This document shows, in pieces, positions 24,659 through 34,659 of a DNA stretch of 63,361 nucleotides. Positions within the stretch are counted from its first letter, which is position 1; every line of letters starts with the position of its first letter. Origin of the DNA: a virus (taxonomy: Duplodnaviria; Caudoviricetes); the IMG/VR virus record IMGVR_UViG_3300045581_000306, positions 1 to 63,361 of that record. One strand, 5' to 3'. A model generated the notes under the pieces. It was not told the DNA's origin. It did not search any database and worked only from the letters and a program-made list of their open reading frames with translations. The position numbers and the translations under genes were made by a program.

Positions 24659-24898
24659 TTACATCTCTGTGAATTTTCCGTTTGATGCGTCTTGATCCTT
24701 GTCATCGTAGTTCAAAAGGAATTCAATCTCCGAAATAGCAAACTCAAATCCTGCTTTGTATTTCGCTTGCAAGGCAACTTCTTCAATTGTCTTACCATCG
24801 CATTTCGGCATCGATCCTTGAAGATACTTTAGGAGTTTTGATCCAGATGTCTTTGCATATTCGCGAAAGGCAACTGCGTCGGCATTTGTCCAAGTCAT
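24659..24898 (-). CDS. Hypothetical protein downstream of the portal
   Basis: 79 aa, ATGA-coupled. Confidence 0.7.
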   Translation of the reverse strand: MTWTNADAVAFREYAKTSGSKLLKYLQGSMPKCDGKTIEEVALQAKYKAGFEFAISEIEFLLNYDDKDQDASNGKFTEM

Positions 24899-25197
24899 TT
24901 GAGCTTTTCTTTAGCTTTTCCAACAACTTCTTTAACCTTGCCAACAACTTTCTTTACACCTTTTTTCGCACCTTTGTAAACATCCTTACCAAACTCGACA
25001 AGTTCTTCAGGAGAAACAATTCCCTGATCACTCATTTTTTGTTTTTCAAGACGCTTGTAAGTAGCTTCTTCTTGAGCTTTTTCTTCCTCTGTTAGAAGCC
25101 GATCAATCTCTGCTTCTTTGTCGTTCTTTGTAAGTTCGACTTCTTTGTCAGATTTTGAGCCTAACGACCCACTTTTTGTTTTTTGTTTTTTTTCCAT
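24895..25197 (-). CDS. Lys/Glu-rich hypothetical protein (probable start MEKKQK)
   Basis: ATG 4 nt after the portal stop. Confidence 0.65.
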   Translation of the reverse strand: MEKKQKTKSGSLGSKSDKEVELTKNDKEAEIDRLLTEEEKAQEEATYKRLEKQKMSDQGIVSPEELVEFGKDVYKGAKKGVKKVVGKVKEVVGKAKEKLK

Positions 25198-25201
25198 GTT
25201 T

Positions 25202-27610
25202 TTATCCTGCGGTTGGAGGTTTACCCGGAGCGGCAATTCCAGTTACCCCGGCAAATTGATCTGGCGATACCGCAAGATTTGCTTGTTCGGCTTGCGCTAC
25301 GCTAACTCGTCCGCCGCCGCCCCTTGGCATCCCTGCGCCTGCTGCTGGCATCATGTCTTCTACAGGTGGCGCGGCCATGCCTGCGGTAAGATGTTGGTAA
25401 GCCTCTTTGACCATTTGCTTGTACTCGGCAATCTTGTTTTTATCCGCACCTTTCATCTCTGCCTGATTAATGTGCATAATGAAATGCTCTAGTGCTTTGG
25501 CAAATGGTGAAACCATCTCTGGCGGGAGTGCGCCCTGTGGCGAATTGGCAATTACAGGCATCAATTTCGCAACAACAGTCTCCAAGTGTACCATGTCATT
25601 GTCACGAGGCGAAACAGGCACTTCTTGACCAGCAATAATCGCTTGAAGTTCGATAATTTGCTGGCGAGTAGCTTCAATTGCTACTGCTTCGACTTGATCC
25701 TTCGGCAAGATGACCTGATTTGCGATTTCTTGACCTAATTTACGACTCCAATCGAGTTTAATGAGTTCATCTTGATTGACTGCGGGATTTCCGGTGTAGC
25801 GTTGGATCAGAAGATCAAGAATTGCGCCTTCCTGCACAGTATTATCAGGAATTAGTTCTTGCGCTGGGCTGAATGCCATCAAAACGATGTCGGATGGAGG
25901 CAAATTGCGATCCAGCATTGCCAAGCAACATCCAACTGCGTCTTCATCAAGGTGCGAAGGCAGTTCAAATGGCACTAGAAACGATGGCATCTCTAGTTCT
26001 GATCCCTTGAAAGCCTCAACCACTTCTCTTTTGGCCCATACTGCGTCCTGATTCGACATTCTAGCGATGTCCAACAGCATTTTGATCTCGGATGCCGCAC
26101 GAATATGCTCTGGATGGCAAATGCCCCTCTGCATTCGTGCAACAGCAAGCGAATATTGCTTGCTCCATCGCATCAAAATGCCTTCGCGAATTTGGTTTTC
26201 GATGGCAGCAACACGATTAATCTCTGAAGCGGTCTTATCGCCGCCTGTTAGACCTAAAGCTGACGAAGGAAGGAAGGTTCCAAGCTGGATTTCAGCAAGC
26301 CCGGAGATAAATTGGTCGAGTTTTAGGAAATCATCGACATCAGCAGGCGCATTTTGAGGCACGACTTCGTATCCCTCGGCAACATAAGCCACGGGATGCA
26401 TGACTGTGAGAGGTGCGATGCCGGGTTTTGCTGTTGCGGTCTTCTTCAGAAGCAACATTCCTTTCAGATACACATTGTCCTGCACTAAATTTCGGGCTTT
26501 ATCGATTGCGATATGGGAATTGTACAGGTCGCGCCCTGCGCCCCGGCTCGACATGAGGCTACCAGAACCGATTTCGACGCTAAACAACGCTAGGCAGTCG
26601 CTCATGCGGTTGTAGCGGTCTAACTGTGTACAGATTTCGTTGCCGCTTTTGTCGTCAAACAAGAATCTGCTGATCTTGCCGTGCGGTTCTTTGACTAAAA
26701 GTTCTCCTAGCTCAACATATTTTGCATCATTTTCGTAAGATGCACCATAAGACCCCTCGCGCATCCAGTCCTCAACCCGGCGAGCATCATCATCGGAATC
26801 CAAAGTACGACCAGCGGGGGTTGCATTGTTAAGTGCCTTTACTAAATTTTGAATGTTCCACCCGGCTAAAGCTGATGTTTCCGGGTCTTCCAAGATCGGA
26901 AGCAACTCTGCGATTTGATATCGGCGTTTCCGCGCCCAAATTGGCGTTGCTTCTACCTCTTGCGGAGTCTCAATGCTAAAGAATGTGTAATCCTGACGGC
27001 AGAACTCCGGTTTCCAGTCGCGAGGATCATCCCAAGTTAACGCAGTAAACCCAAAGACTGTGTTCTCATGCACAATCTGCGCGACAATGTCTTGGTGACC
27101 CTTCCAAGATCGGATACACTTCGTAATCTCTTCGCGGAAAATATTAGTTTTGTTTTCCGCATCTACTCCCTGTGCAGGGTATTTTGTAAAAGTAAGACTA
27201 GTGCTGGATTCAATCACCTGTTTGAAAGGTGACTGAATTCGCGAAACCATTGTAGATAAGAACCCGGTCGGACGATTGCTTCGCCAATTCTGCCCCATGC
27301 TTTCCAGCTTTTTTGCAGAATACGGAGGTTCATTATTTAGTTTCTTTTGGATGAGTGCATTTTTACGATTCCTCTCAACATTTTGTTGTTTTAGCCTGCG
27401 ATATGCAGAATAAGCCTGCTCCGCATTGCGAAATGTGCGTTTAACTTCTAGCGTTTCTTCATTAACAACTTCGTCTGTCTGGTTAACTCCCGGCATCACA
27501 ACATTAAGTCGCGATTTAATATTTTTATCCCCAGCCTCAAGTGTACGAGGTGCTTTAGTTGCGAAAGCGTCGATAACCTCGACAGGGATCGGATCGTTGT
27601 AATTTGCCAT
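25202..27610 (-). CDS. Portal protein (probable start MANYND)
   Basis: About 800 aa after terL; KTASEIN motif; helical C-terminus. Confidence 0.8.
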   Translation of the reverse strand: MANYNDPIPVEVIDAFATKAPRTLEAGDKNIKSRLNVVMPGVNQTDEVVNEETLEVKRTFRNAEQAYSAYRRLKQQNVERNRKNALIQKKLNNEPPYSAKKLESMGQNWRSNRPTGFLSTMVSRIQSPFKQVIESSTSLTFTKYPAQGVDAENKTNIFREEITKCIRSWKGHQDIVAQIVHENTVFGFTALTWDDPRDWKPEFCRQDYTFFSIETPQEVEATPIWARKRRYQIAELLPILEDPETSALAGWNIQNLVKALNNATPAGRTLDSDDDARRVEDWMREGSYGASYENDAKYVELGELLVKEPHGKISRFLFDDKSGNEICTQLDRYNRMSDCLALFSVEIGSGSLMSSRGAGRDLYNSHIAIDKARNLVQDNVYLKGMLLLKKTATAKPGIAPLTVMHPVAYVAEGYEVVPQNAPADVDDFLKLDQFISGLAEIQLGTFLPSSALGLTGGDKTASEINRVAAIENQIREGILMRWSKQYSLAVARMQRGICHPEHIRAASEIKMLLDIARMSNQDAVWAKREVVEAFKGSELEMPSFLVPFELPSHLDEDAVGCCLAMLDRNLPPSDIVLMAFSPAQELIPDNTVQEGAILDLLIQRYTGNPAVNQDELIKLDWSRKLGQEIANQVILPKDQVEAVAIEATRQQIIELQAIIAGQEVPVSPRDNDMVHLETVVAKLMPVIANSPQGALPPEMVSPFAKALEHFIMHINQAEMKGADKNKIAEYKQMVKEAYQHLTAGMAAPPVEDMMPAAGAGMPRGGGGRVSVAQAEQANLAVSPDQFAGVTGIAAPGKPPTAG

Positions 27611-27612
27611 AA

Positions 27613-28191
27613 TTAAATTTTCAGCCAGCAATTTTGCGGAACACTATCTGTTACCTCAAAGTGGTCTTTGTCAAAGAAAACCGCAGCACGATTATCATGT
27701 CTTAAAACAGAACATCCTTTGATTTTTTTTGTAGAACGAGTATCTCTACCTTGCCTAATACTTGCTGTCAATCGTTCTGTTGCAGTAATGCAGCTTCCAC
27801 AACCTTGCTTCCACACAGCATTTTTAGGACACTTTAAACAGGTTAATGCTCTTGCTTCTGCTAATTCATCAGAAACCATCTTAATTGGTTTCTGACTTAA
27901 TAAAATATTTTTCGCCCAGACTGTAATGTCGTTAAGTAATTCATTTTGCCTTGTTGGCGCATCGACACTAACGACCACAACCGAATCAACCCCGTGACAA
28001 TTGCGAGGAAAATTACCGCAAATATAACTATTGACATCGCCATGTACATCACCAATAGAAAGATGATTTTCTGCGCGATAGTCTTGAACAACTTTGTACA
28101 AGTTCTCCAAGCTATATCCTTGCAATTTAACATCTCCTTGCCAGTAATGCCATCCTCCGGGCGGTATTAATCCATCTATAGGTTGTGCCAT
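27613..28191 (-). CDS. Cys-rich hypothetical protein
   Basis: RALTCLKCPKN, GCGSC, C-terminal CW. Confidence 0.75.
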   Translation of the reverse strand: MAQPIDGLIPPGGWHYWQGDVKLQGYSLENLYKVVQDYRAENHLSIGDVHGDVNSYICGNFPRNCHGVDSVVVVSVDAPTRQNELLNDITVWAKNILLSQKPIKMVSDELAEARALTCLKCPKNAVWKQGCGSCITATERLTASIRQGRDTRSTKKIKGCSVLRHDNRAAVFFDKDHFEVTDSVPQNCWLKI

Positions 28192-28209
28192 TTATAAAAA
28201 AGTTAGCCG

Positions 28210-30066
28210 TTAATCTGAAAAGTCAACATACTCCATAGCTTCAATAGATGGAAGTCTTTTTTCACGATATTGCTCTGGTTTTTGTTCAGTCATAGTTGCA
28301 ACCGCTCCACCTCGTTGGCGCATGAGGTATACCAACAAACTTAATGAATCAAGTTGGTCAGGACTATTTTGTCTAGTACGCTTTGTATAATCTCCTTTAC
28401 TTTCGACACGAACTAATCCTTGTCCAATTTGTTTGTATCGACGCGAAGTTGCTTGACGAACTAATTCTTCAGTTCGGAACGAGGGAGATATTTTAAGAAA
28501 CTCAAATTCCAGATATTTCGCCAATCCAAAGATCAATTCGGTAACCACCCCAGAGTAGAGTTCGTTTGCTCGTTGAGAATCGTCGCCTAATACATGAGTT
28601 TCGGATGCGGCCCAAGAATAGTTAACTCCCATTACATCTTTTCCGAATAAACTGCATAATGCATCGTGGATTCCCGATCCGTTACCTGTGCGATCCACGC
28701 ACAACCACCCCGACCCGATCCTCATCTGCTTGCAGAAATTCATAATAGCATCCGCCTGTTCTAGCGTTGCTTTTTTAGGAAAGTTAATTTGCGAATCCAA
28801 CTGTAAAACAACTTTTGGTGATTTAAACTCTCTAAACTTCCCATCCATTGGAGTCCACCCGTCAGAAAGCCCAAATCGCCCATAGGAACACACAACTTGG
28901 TCTTTGCCTTCCAACGCCAAGTCAAACGCCGCTAGCCCCACTACCGGGCCAATAAAGCGCACTATGCCCATTGCATTGTCCATCATCGCAGGCGTGATGA
29001 TTGCCATCGCAACACCTTCTTGCGGAAAGAATCCTCTCGCCATCGTGTAGTACTCGGCAGTCTTTCCTCGCGCCTCGTACGCCATGAATCCCTCGTAAGT
29101 CTGAAAGCCGGGGAACACGATCTTGCGATTTGTCACATTCTCGCACCTCGCGGCATCAAGTCGGAGGATGTGCCAGTCTTCCCGGCTAGTCCATTCAAAG
29201 TCTTCTTCGCAGTCTACCCTCAACCATCCACCGACAGGCTCGCATCGCTTGCCGAATTCACTATTGCGATCTTTTGGGTTCGATGCGCCGAAAATTTTAA
29301 TGCGTCCTTTGCTGCTCGTCGTATCGGCGGCAGACAGGATGTTCTGCAAGCCTTCCCAAACACCAGCAGGGATTTCTTCAGCTTCATCCAGCACCACATG
29401 GGTTCGGCTCATCGCTCCCCACTTTGGATGCGGTTTCTGGCGCGGAGAAGGGTGAAATCCACGAAGCGTACCAGTTCCTGCGTCACCTTTCGGAATAGCA
29501 ACGAGATGGATTCCATTCTTGTCATCGTCGTTGACCTGAATCGACTTCACCAAGTCTGATTCTCCCTTATACTCTGGCTTGACCAGAGCAGTCCGATAAA
29601 AGGTCTTAATTGCAGCGAACACATTTCGTTGCGCGTGTTGCTCGGTCAACGAAACAACTTTAATACAGGTATACTCTGGATCACGCATCCAATCTAGCAA
29701 GAACCATGCTGCGGCATTGAATGTCTTGCCCATCGCGCCTGCCCCCTGCACCAATAACTTGTCGTAATTAAACAAGCATCTCCATGTATCCTGCGCGGAA
29801 CGAGGTCGCCAGTCATATACGCTCGGCCCCCATAGAATCGTCGCCGCAGCTTCAAAATGATCAGCATCCAGCAATGACTGGACAAACTGCATGATTACAC
29901 TTTTTGAAATCTTTTCGTCCAGAACCACGCTAGATTTCACGCCTCCAGTCGCGACATTGGCAAGAATGTACTTTGCCGCATACAGCAATCCCATGCGGTC
30001 ATCTCGATCCGCTTCTGCCCTGACTGCCTCGGCAATCTTCAATACTTGCTGTACAGAATCTACCAT
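28210..30066 (-). CDS. terL: Terminase large subunit
   Basis: Walker A GAGAMGKT, Walker B VVLDEAEE, nuclease DLALEGKD and SPDQLDS. Confidence 0.9.
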   Translation of the reverse strand: MVDSVQQVLKIAEAVRAEADRDDRMGLLYAAKYILANVATGGVKSSVVLDEKISKSVIMQFVQSLLDADHFEAAATILWGPSVYDWRPRSAQDTWRCLFNYDKLLVQGAGAMGKTFNAAAWFLLDWMRDPEYTCIKVVSLTEQHAQRNVFAAIKTFYRTALVKPEYKGESDLVKSIQVNDDDKNGIHLVAIPKGDAGTGTLRGFHPSPRQKPHPKWGAMSRTHVVLDEAEEIPAGVWEGLQNILSAADTTSSKGRIKIFGASNPKDRNSEFGKRCEPVGGWLRVDCEEDFEWTSREDWHILRLDAARCENVTNRKIVFPGFQTYEGFMAYEARGKTAEYYTMARGFFPQEGVAMAIITPAMMDNAMGIVRFIGPVVGLAAFDLALEGKDQVVCSYGRFGLSDGWTPMDGKFREFKSPKVVLQLDSQINFPKKATLEQADAIMNFCKQMRIGSGWLCVDRTGNGSGIHDALCSLFGKDVMGVNYSWAASETHVLGDDSQRANELYSGVVTELIFGLAKYLEFEFLKISPSFRTEELVRQATSRRYKQIGQGLVRVESKGDYTKRTRQNSPDQLDSLSLLVYLMRQRGGAVATMTEQKPEQYREKRLPSIEAMEYVDFSD

Positions 30067-30293
30067 TTCGCTTCAGGACAACTCTCGGTAGCCATGATTG
30101 TTTTAATTTCCATGTTGCACCCGCAAACCTTGCATTCCCCAGCACCATTGTACTTCTCGACATCAAAGTTCGGGCAATCCGCGCAAATGCGTAATCTCCG
30201 CGCAATTTCTCGTTCATCCACACATGGCAACCCGGCTTTCACAAAAGCAAAAGCACTCTTCGCGAAATTAGACGCTTTAGTCAGTAAATTCAT
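30060..30293 (-). CDS. Small Cys-rich protein
   Basis: RLRICADCP...CKVCGC...K......CP..KW. Confidence 0.75.
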   Translation of the reverse strand: MNLLTKASNFAKSAFAFVKAGLPCVDEREIARRLRICADCPNFDVEKYNGAGECKVCGCNMEIKTIMATESCPEAKW

Positions 30294-30478
30294 TTCTCAA
30301 GCCACTCGACTGCTTTTTTAGCTTCTGAATCACACACATCTTTTGCCATGATAGAATTGTCGCTAATTATTCCATTATCTTGCAAATCGTTCATTGTCTT
30401 AACCTCATCGCTCCAGCTTTCTGCAATATATTCTTCTAGTTTATTTATTTGTGAACTTCCATGCTGCATAATGGGCAT
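30290..30478 (-). CDS. Hypothetical protein (start uncertain)
   Basis: MNDLQDNGIISDN motif; stop overlaps the next ATG. Confidence 0.55.
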   Translation of the reverse strand: MPIMQHGSSQINKLEEYIAESWSDEVKTMNDLQDNGIISDNSIMAKDVCDSEAKKAVEWLEK

Positions 30479-30600
30479 ATCTCCATGTTGATTCTATTGT
30501 CTACTTGTTCTTTAAATACAATGAAAGCAGTTATTAAATAGGTGATTACAATTATTAAAATTGCAATCAATACCTTAATTTTTTTCCAGAAAGCATTCAT
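30445..30600 (-). CDS. 51-aa membrane protein (MNAFWKKIKVLIAILII...)
   Basis: Manual translation; TAATG coupling; one TM helix. Confidence 0.5.
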   Translation of the reverse strand: MNAFWKKIKVLIAILIIVITYLITAFIVFKEQVDNRINMEICPLCSMEVHK

Positions 30601-31022
30601 TAATTCTTTAAAGCGTCATTCGCAATTTTCCTAACAGCATCCATTCGGTCTGGAAGTGTAATAACAAAATCGCAATCAGCAATCCGTTGTAACGCCTCCC
30701 GCGCCTCGTCGCGCTCTACAATATATTTTTCTAAAAAGTGTTTTGCTGCTGAAAGTTGCTCCCGCGCCTCGTCGCGCTCGCGCTCTGATCTCAATGCCCA
30801 TTCGCGGTTTTCATCAGCACGGCGGGCTTGTTCTGCACCTGCGCGTTCCACGGCGTTAAATGACGACTCCCACTTTGCAGCCGCCTCCCGCGCCTCATCG
30901 CGCTCACGCTCAAGTTTCTCACATTTCACAGTTAGTGTTGCTGCGAGACGAGTCGGCGGGTGATCGGCGGTCGCTGCGTTGCGGACGACTGCATCCGTCT
31001 CTGGTGTCGGTCGGTCGTTCAT
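30600..31022 (-). CDS. Coiled-coil protein with ERDEARE repeats
   Basis: TPETDA start; three ERDEARE units. Confidence 0.75.
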   Translation of the reverse strand: MNDRPTPETDAVVRNAATADHPPTRLAATLTVKCEKLERERDEAREAAAKWESSFNAVERAGAEQARRADENREWALRSERERDEAREQLSAAKHFLEKYIVERDEAREALQRIADCDFVITLPDRMDAVRKIANDALKN

Positions 31023-31192
31023 TTTTTCTTCTTAAACCAGTTTGGGAAATGACCAAAGTCGCGAGGTTCAGTCACATTATTGTTCTTCCCGCAGACATCG
31101 CACTTCCCATAATGCCATGTCGATACTTTATTCACTAGCTTGCCGTGCTTCATTCCACATTCGGAACAGCACCAGTTAGGATATGGTTTCAT
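31019..31192 (-). CDS. 57-aa Zn-ribbon protein (MKPYPNWCCSECG...CDVCG...TEPRDFG)
   Basis: Manual translation; two CxxC; ATGA coupling. Confidence 0.7.
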   Translation of the reverse strand: MKPYPNWCCSECGMKHGKLVNKVSTWHYGKCDVCGKNNNVTEPRDFGHFPNWFKKKK

Positions 31193-31445
31193 TCTTCTTC
31201 TTTATTAACTCAAATATCGGTTCCGCTTCAATAGCCAATGCATCGCACACCTCTTGAAATTTAATCTTGCTTTCCACCTCGTCGTTGATCCACCCATTTG
31301 CTGACTTGCGATTATCATCGATCTCCTTCTGCTTATAGTGGCTTTTAAATTTCGTATAGTTCCTCGCATCACCTACCGCAACCTCGATCATTGCACATAG
31401 CAAGCTCCGAATGTTGTTGATCTCGTTTACATCGATTTCGCGCAT
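31176..31445 (-). CDS. Hypothetical protein, paralog of 33274-33516
   Basis: LLCAMIEVAVGDA...FQEVCDALAIE. Confidence 0.7.
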   Translation of the reverse strand: MREIDVNEINNIRSLLCAMIEVAVGDARNYTKFKSHYKQKEIDDNRKSANGWINDEVESKIKFQEVCDALAIEAEPIFELIKKKNETIS

Positions 31446-31825
31446 ACAAGTTCAATCCCAAATTCCCTAGCCAATTCAATTGTACTCGGATCGTTCTCGT
31501 ATTTATCCGAGTAAGCAATCGTGTGAATCCCATACGCCGCAACCTGCCTCAAACACTCGTTGCATGGAAGCGTAGTACAGCACAACAACCACACCTCTCC
31601 GGGCCGACAATACCTCAATGCATTCGCCTCCGCATGGACTACAAACTGCCGCCTGCCTTCCCGGTCGTCCCAGTCCTCAAACATCCCAGTCGGGTAACCA
31701 TTGTACCCAACACCAGCAACAGAGTTGTCTTTGCGGAATACTACCGCGCCAACCTTTCTCCACGGGTCTTTGCTCTTCGTCGCAGCGGCAAATGCCAACT
31801 GCATTCCATAATCAATCCATGTCAT
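31427..31825 (-). CDS. dCMP deaminase family protein
   Basis: SKDP..KVGA, GYNG.P, HAEANAL, PCNEC. Confidence 0.9.
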   Translation of the reverse strand: MTWIDYGMQLAFAAATKSKDPWRKVGAVVFRKDNSVAGVGYNGYPTGMFEDWDDREGRRQFVVHAEANALRYCRPGEVWLLCCTTLPCNECLRQVAAYGIHTIAYSDKYENDPSTIELAREFGIELVCAKSM

Positions 31826-32079
31826 ATTAATTCAGGTAACCTCCTTCTCTCTTTCTCGCGAATGATAAAATCCCAGACTCTGTGCAGCGTCTCGTAATCT
31901 CCTTGACATTCCTTCCCGTCCTCGTTCCGCCACTTCTTGAACTCTCCGCAATCGTCGTTGACCATCGCTCGCAGCTCACCTTCCAGATCGCTTATTAGCA
32001 ATAAGGCATCTACCCCGTGGACTGCATACTCATGCTCGTACTGTTCCTCTGGCAGATTGAATTCTAGTGTTGCTTTCAT
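31822..32079 (-). CDS. Conserved phage hypothetical protein
   Basis: MKATLEFNLPEE start. Confidence 0.75.
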   Translation of the reverse strand: MKATLEFNLPEEQYEHEYAVHGVDALLLISDLEGELRAMVNDDCGEFKKWRNEDGKECQGDYETLHRVWDFIIREKERRRLPELI

Positions 32080-32158
32080 CGTTTATTGGTCAGCGTTTTT
32101 TGGGATGCGCTGCCCCCCTTCGCCCCTGCGTAGCCCATACGGACTCGCGAGGAAATTG

Positions 32159-33277
32159 TTATGGCAGCATCTTTGTCATTGCTTCCAGTCCGTTGCCTTC
32201 TGCGTACCAGCCCTTGCCCTGATACACATCCAGCACATCGTTGAAATACTTCTCATACATTGGCGCAACCTTCTCAAGAGAGAAGTTCTCTGCCCATAGC
32301 CTGCATGACTCGCTAGAGATTGCGCCTTGCTTCACGGCATTGATGGCATCCACGAAGTCACCCATCGTCCGACACCGATAGCCTGTCACGCCATGCAGGT
32401 TATTCTCTGCAAAGCTACCCCAGTCCGTAGTAATCGTTGGCGTACCGCTAAACAGGTTCTCGATCTGCACCCCGCCGAATGGCTCGACATACTGCGATGG
32501 TATGAGCGATCCCTTCGCTTTGCTCATCAGTTCTCGCCGCTTCTCTGTGTCGGCATAGCCAATGTACTCGACATGGTCTGGAATCTTGTAACCGGGTTCT
32601 ATCTGTCCTGCCACCTTGAGCCGCACTCCTGCTCTCTCTGCCGCCTGAAACGCCACATCGCATCCCTTGCCGCTGTAGACTCGCCCAAGGTACAGGAAGT
32701 AGTCTTCCTTCTCGTCGTTGCCTCGATAGGTGAAGTCTTCGCGATCAAAGTAATTCGGGATTACCACATCGTACCAGTCCTGCCTGCACGATCCAACAGA
32801 CTGCAATCCACAGTAGGCATGGTAGATCGCATAGGACTCCCAGATTTTCCACCTAGCCCAATGACCGCCAGCGTAGCCGATCCCCGGCTCAACGCAGATC
32901 AGGTCTTGATGAGCATCGCAGACTGGTCGTACACCGCTACCCCAGAAAGGCAGGATAAAGTCATGCTTCAGCTTGCGCTTGCCCACCTCACGAATGGCAT
33001 TAGCGTAGAAGGTACGATAGGCGTGATCGTTCACATTGAACTTGAAGAAGGTCTTGCGCCAATCGTGATCTCCATAGGCTACCTGCCAGTCCTCGTTCTC
33101 CAGCACAGGAATGTGTTCAGTACACTCCAGCACCGAATCTCGATGCCCATAGTGCAGAACCTCGTGGCCGCGCCTAGTCATCATCTTGCCGAATTTGACA
33201 ACCTTCTGCGTGTAGGCACAGGCGTTGAATTCTTTGCTCGTTACTGTGTGGGGAAGCCCCAGAATGTGGAATCTCAT
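32159..33277 (-). CDS. Glycosyltransferase family 4 (GT-B)
   Basis: YFLYLGRV...KG; PSQYVEPFGGVQIE...GTP.ITTD.G. Confidence 0.9.
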   Translation of the reverse strand: MRFHILGLPHTVTSKEFNACAYTQKVVKFGKMMTRRGHEVLHYGHRDSVLECTEHIPVLENEDWQVAYGDHDWRKTFFKFNVNDHAYRTFYANAIREVGKRKLKHDFILPFWGSGVRPVCDAHQDLICVEPGIGYAGGHWARWKIWESYAIYHAYCGLQSVGSCRQDWYDVVIPNYFDREDFTYRGNDEKEDYFLYLGRVYSGKGCDVAFQAAERAGVRLKVAGQIEPGYKIPDHVEYIGYADTEKRRELMSKAKGSLIPSQYVEPFGGVQIENLFSGTPTITTDWGSFAENNLHGVTGYRCRTMGDFVDAINAVKQGAISSESCRLWAENFSLEKVAPMYEKYFNDVLDVYQGKGWYAEGNGLEAMTKMLP

Positions 33278-33516
33278 AGGTATGCTTTCTTTCTGAATGG
33301 ATCGACCTCTAGCCCTAGCGTTGTACAGATGCCTTCAAACGACTTGGTCTTGATGAATCGAATAGCGTCTTCTCTCCAGCTTGCTGCGATAGCCCTGTTG
33401 CGCTCGCATATGATCTTGGATTCATCGATAGCGGCATCCGCCATTGCCTGATGGATGATCTCGCAGAGGATGTTTCGTGCGAACATCACTTCTCGGTCTT
33501 CTTTGGTCTGGATCAT
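33274..33516 (-). CDS. Hypothetical protein, paralog of 31176-31445
   Basis: ILCEIIHQAMADA...FEGICTTLGLE. Confidence 0.7.
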   Translation of the reverse strand: MIQTKEDREVMFARNILCEIIHQAMADAAIDESKIICERNRAIAASWREDAIRFIKTKSFEGICTTLGLEVDPFRKKAYL

Positions 33517-33905
33517 GCCTTGTCCGCTCGCTCCTGCGCCTGCTCGTTGCTGTAGGTTCCCTTGTGGTATCGCCGGGACAGCTTCACTCGATTCATGCGG
33601 ATCACCTCTTGGATGGTCACAGGATCGTCCTCTGTGCTGCTATAATGGTTCAGGATGCCCTGTACGAAAAAAAGGATATCGCCACACTCCTCTAGGACAT
33701 TCTCGCGATCCAGAGGCTTCCTGTACATGACAGACTTCTTGATGGCATCTAGCAACTCCCCGGCTTCCCCAGCTACTCCCATTGCCATGTGAGTCAGGTG
33801 GGCATCGCGAGGTTCCATCTGGACTAGGATATCAATACCCGGCTTGCAGAGTGATTCCACGAACTGGGCGTATGTTGGTTCTTGTTGGTTTTGTGTGTCT
33901 TGCAT
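33513..33905 (-). CDS. MazG-like NTP pyrophosphohydrolase
   Basis: GVAGEAGELLD.IKK...EECGDILF...N..KL..RY. Confidence 0.9.
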   Translation of the reverse strand: MQDTQNQQEPTYAQFVESLCKPGIDILVQMEPRDAHLTHMAMGVAGEAGELLDAIKKSVMYRKPLDRENVLEECGDILFFVQGILNHYSSTEDDPVTIQEVIRMNRVKLSRRYHKGTYSNEQAQERADKA

Positions 33906-33951
33906 AAAGTCAGTTCAATTATCCACTAGCTGTGTTATCAGAAGTTACACC

Positions 33952-34152
33952 CTATTTCCGCTTAATAATCTTCTGGTTTCGAGTGATATACGCTTGAATT
34001 TCACTCATGTCGTGTTCTGCCTGCTTCCTCCCATCAGGCGTATTATTATAGGTGTGCTGGTACTTTGGGAGTGGTTCTCCTCGTTGAATGCGAGGCCCAA
34101 TTGGACATCCGTTCAGGCAGATAGTTAGCCTGATCTCTAGGTCAGTTCTCAA
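33952..34152 (-). CDS. Hypothetical protein
   Basis: 66 aa overlapping the terS stop. Confidence 0.55.
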   Translation of the reverse strand: MRTDLEIRLTICLNGCPIGPRIQRGEPLPKYQHTYNNTPDGRKQAEHDMSEIQAYITRNQKIIKRK

Positions 34153-34591
34153 GTTGCTTGTTCTCCTCTAGCTCAATTTTGCGTGAAGGTAGCTGGAAAG
34201 CCAATGTGAGAGGTTGTGCAGTCTCGATCTCAATCTTCTCTCCGTACTTCTTGGGAGCCATCTTGCTTGCCGCCCACTTGAGTGCGTCAACCCGGAGCCT
34301 GCCTATGCCTGCGTCATGGCTTGAGTAGGATTCGTCTACTATAAGTTCTGCGTAGTAATCGGCTTGTTCCGCGCGTGCTTGTGCGTACTGGTTGCAGAAG
34401 GATTCATTAGCGCGAAGCCAGCGATAGATAGTAGTCCTGTTTGGCATATTATCTGAAGAAGCGATGATGGTGCGAAGCGTTTCGCCTTTTGAAAGTCTTT
34501 CACAAATTTCATCAGCAATTTCTTGTGAGAATTCTGATTCTCTGCCCTGTGATTTTTTTTCTAAATTTTCTTCAGATTTTGCTTGACTCAT
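34142..34591 (-). CDS. terS: Terminase small subunit (Sf6/P22-like HTH)
   Basis: IADEICERL..GETLR.I...MP...TIYRWL...YAQAR...AD...KW.ASK.APKKYG. Confidence 0.85.
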   Translation of the reverse strand: MSQAKSEENLEKKSQGRESEFSQEIADEICERLSKGETLRTIIASSDNMPNRTTIYRWLRANESFCNQYAQARAEQADYYAELIVDESYSSHDAGIGRLRVDALKWAASKMAPKKYGEKIEIETAQPLTLAFQLPSRKIELEENKQLEN

Positions 34592-34659
34592 TTTTGGTAG
34601 GGTCGTTAAAATAGCTCCGCAGGAACAAGCGAGTTGTTCTTGCTTCGCAGTCGTGATTG

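Noticed and set aside
32101-32140. C-rich intergenic tract as a G-quadruplex or terminator
   Set aside because: Only three clear G runs and an imperfect stem; insufficient support.
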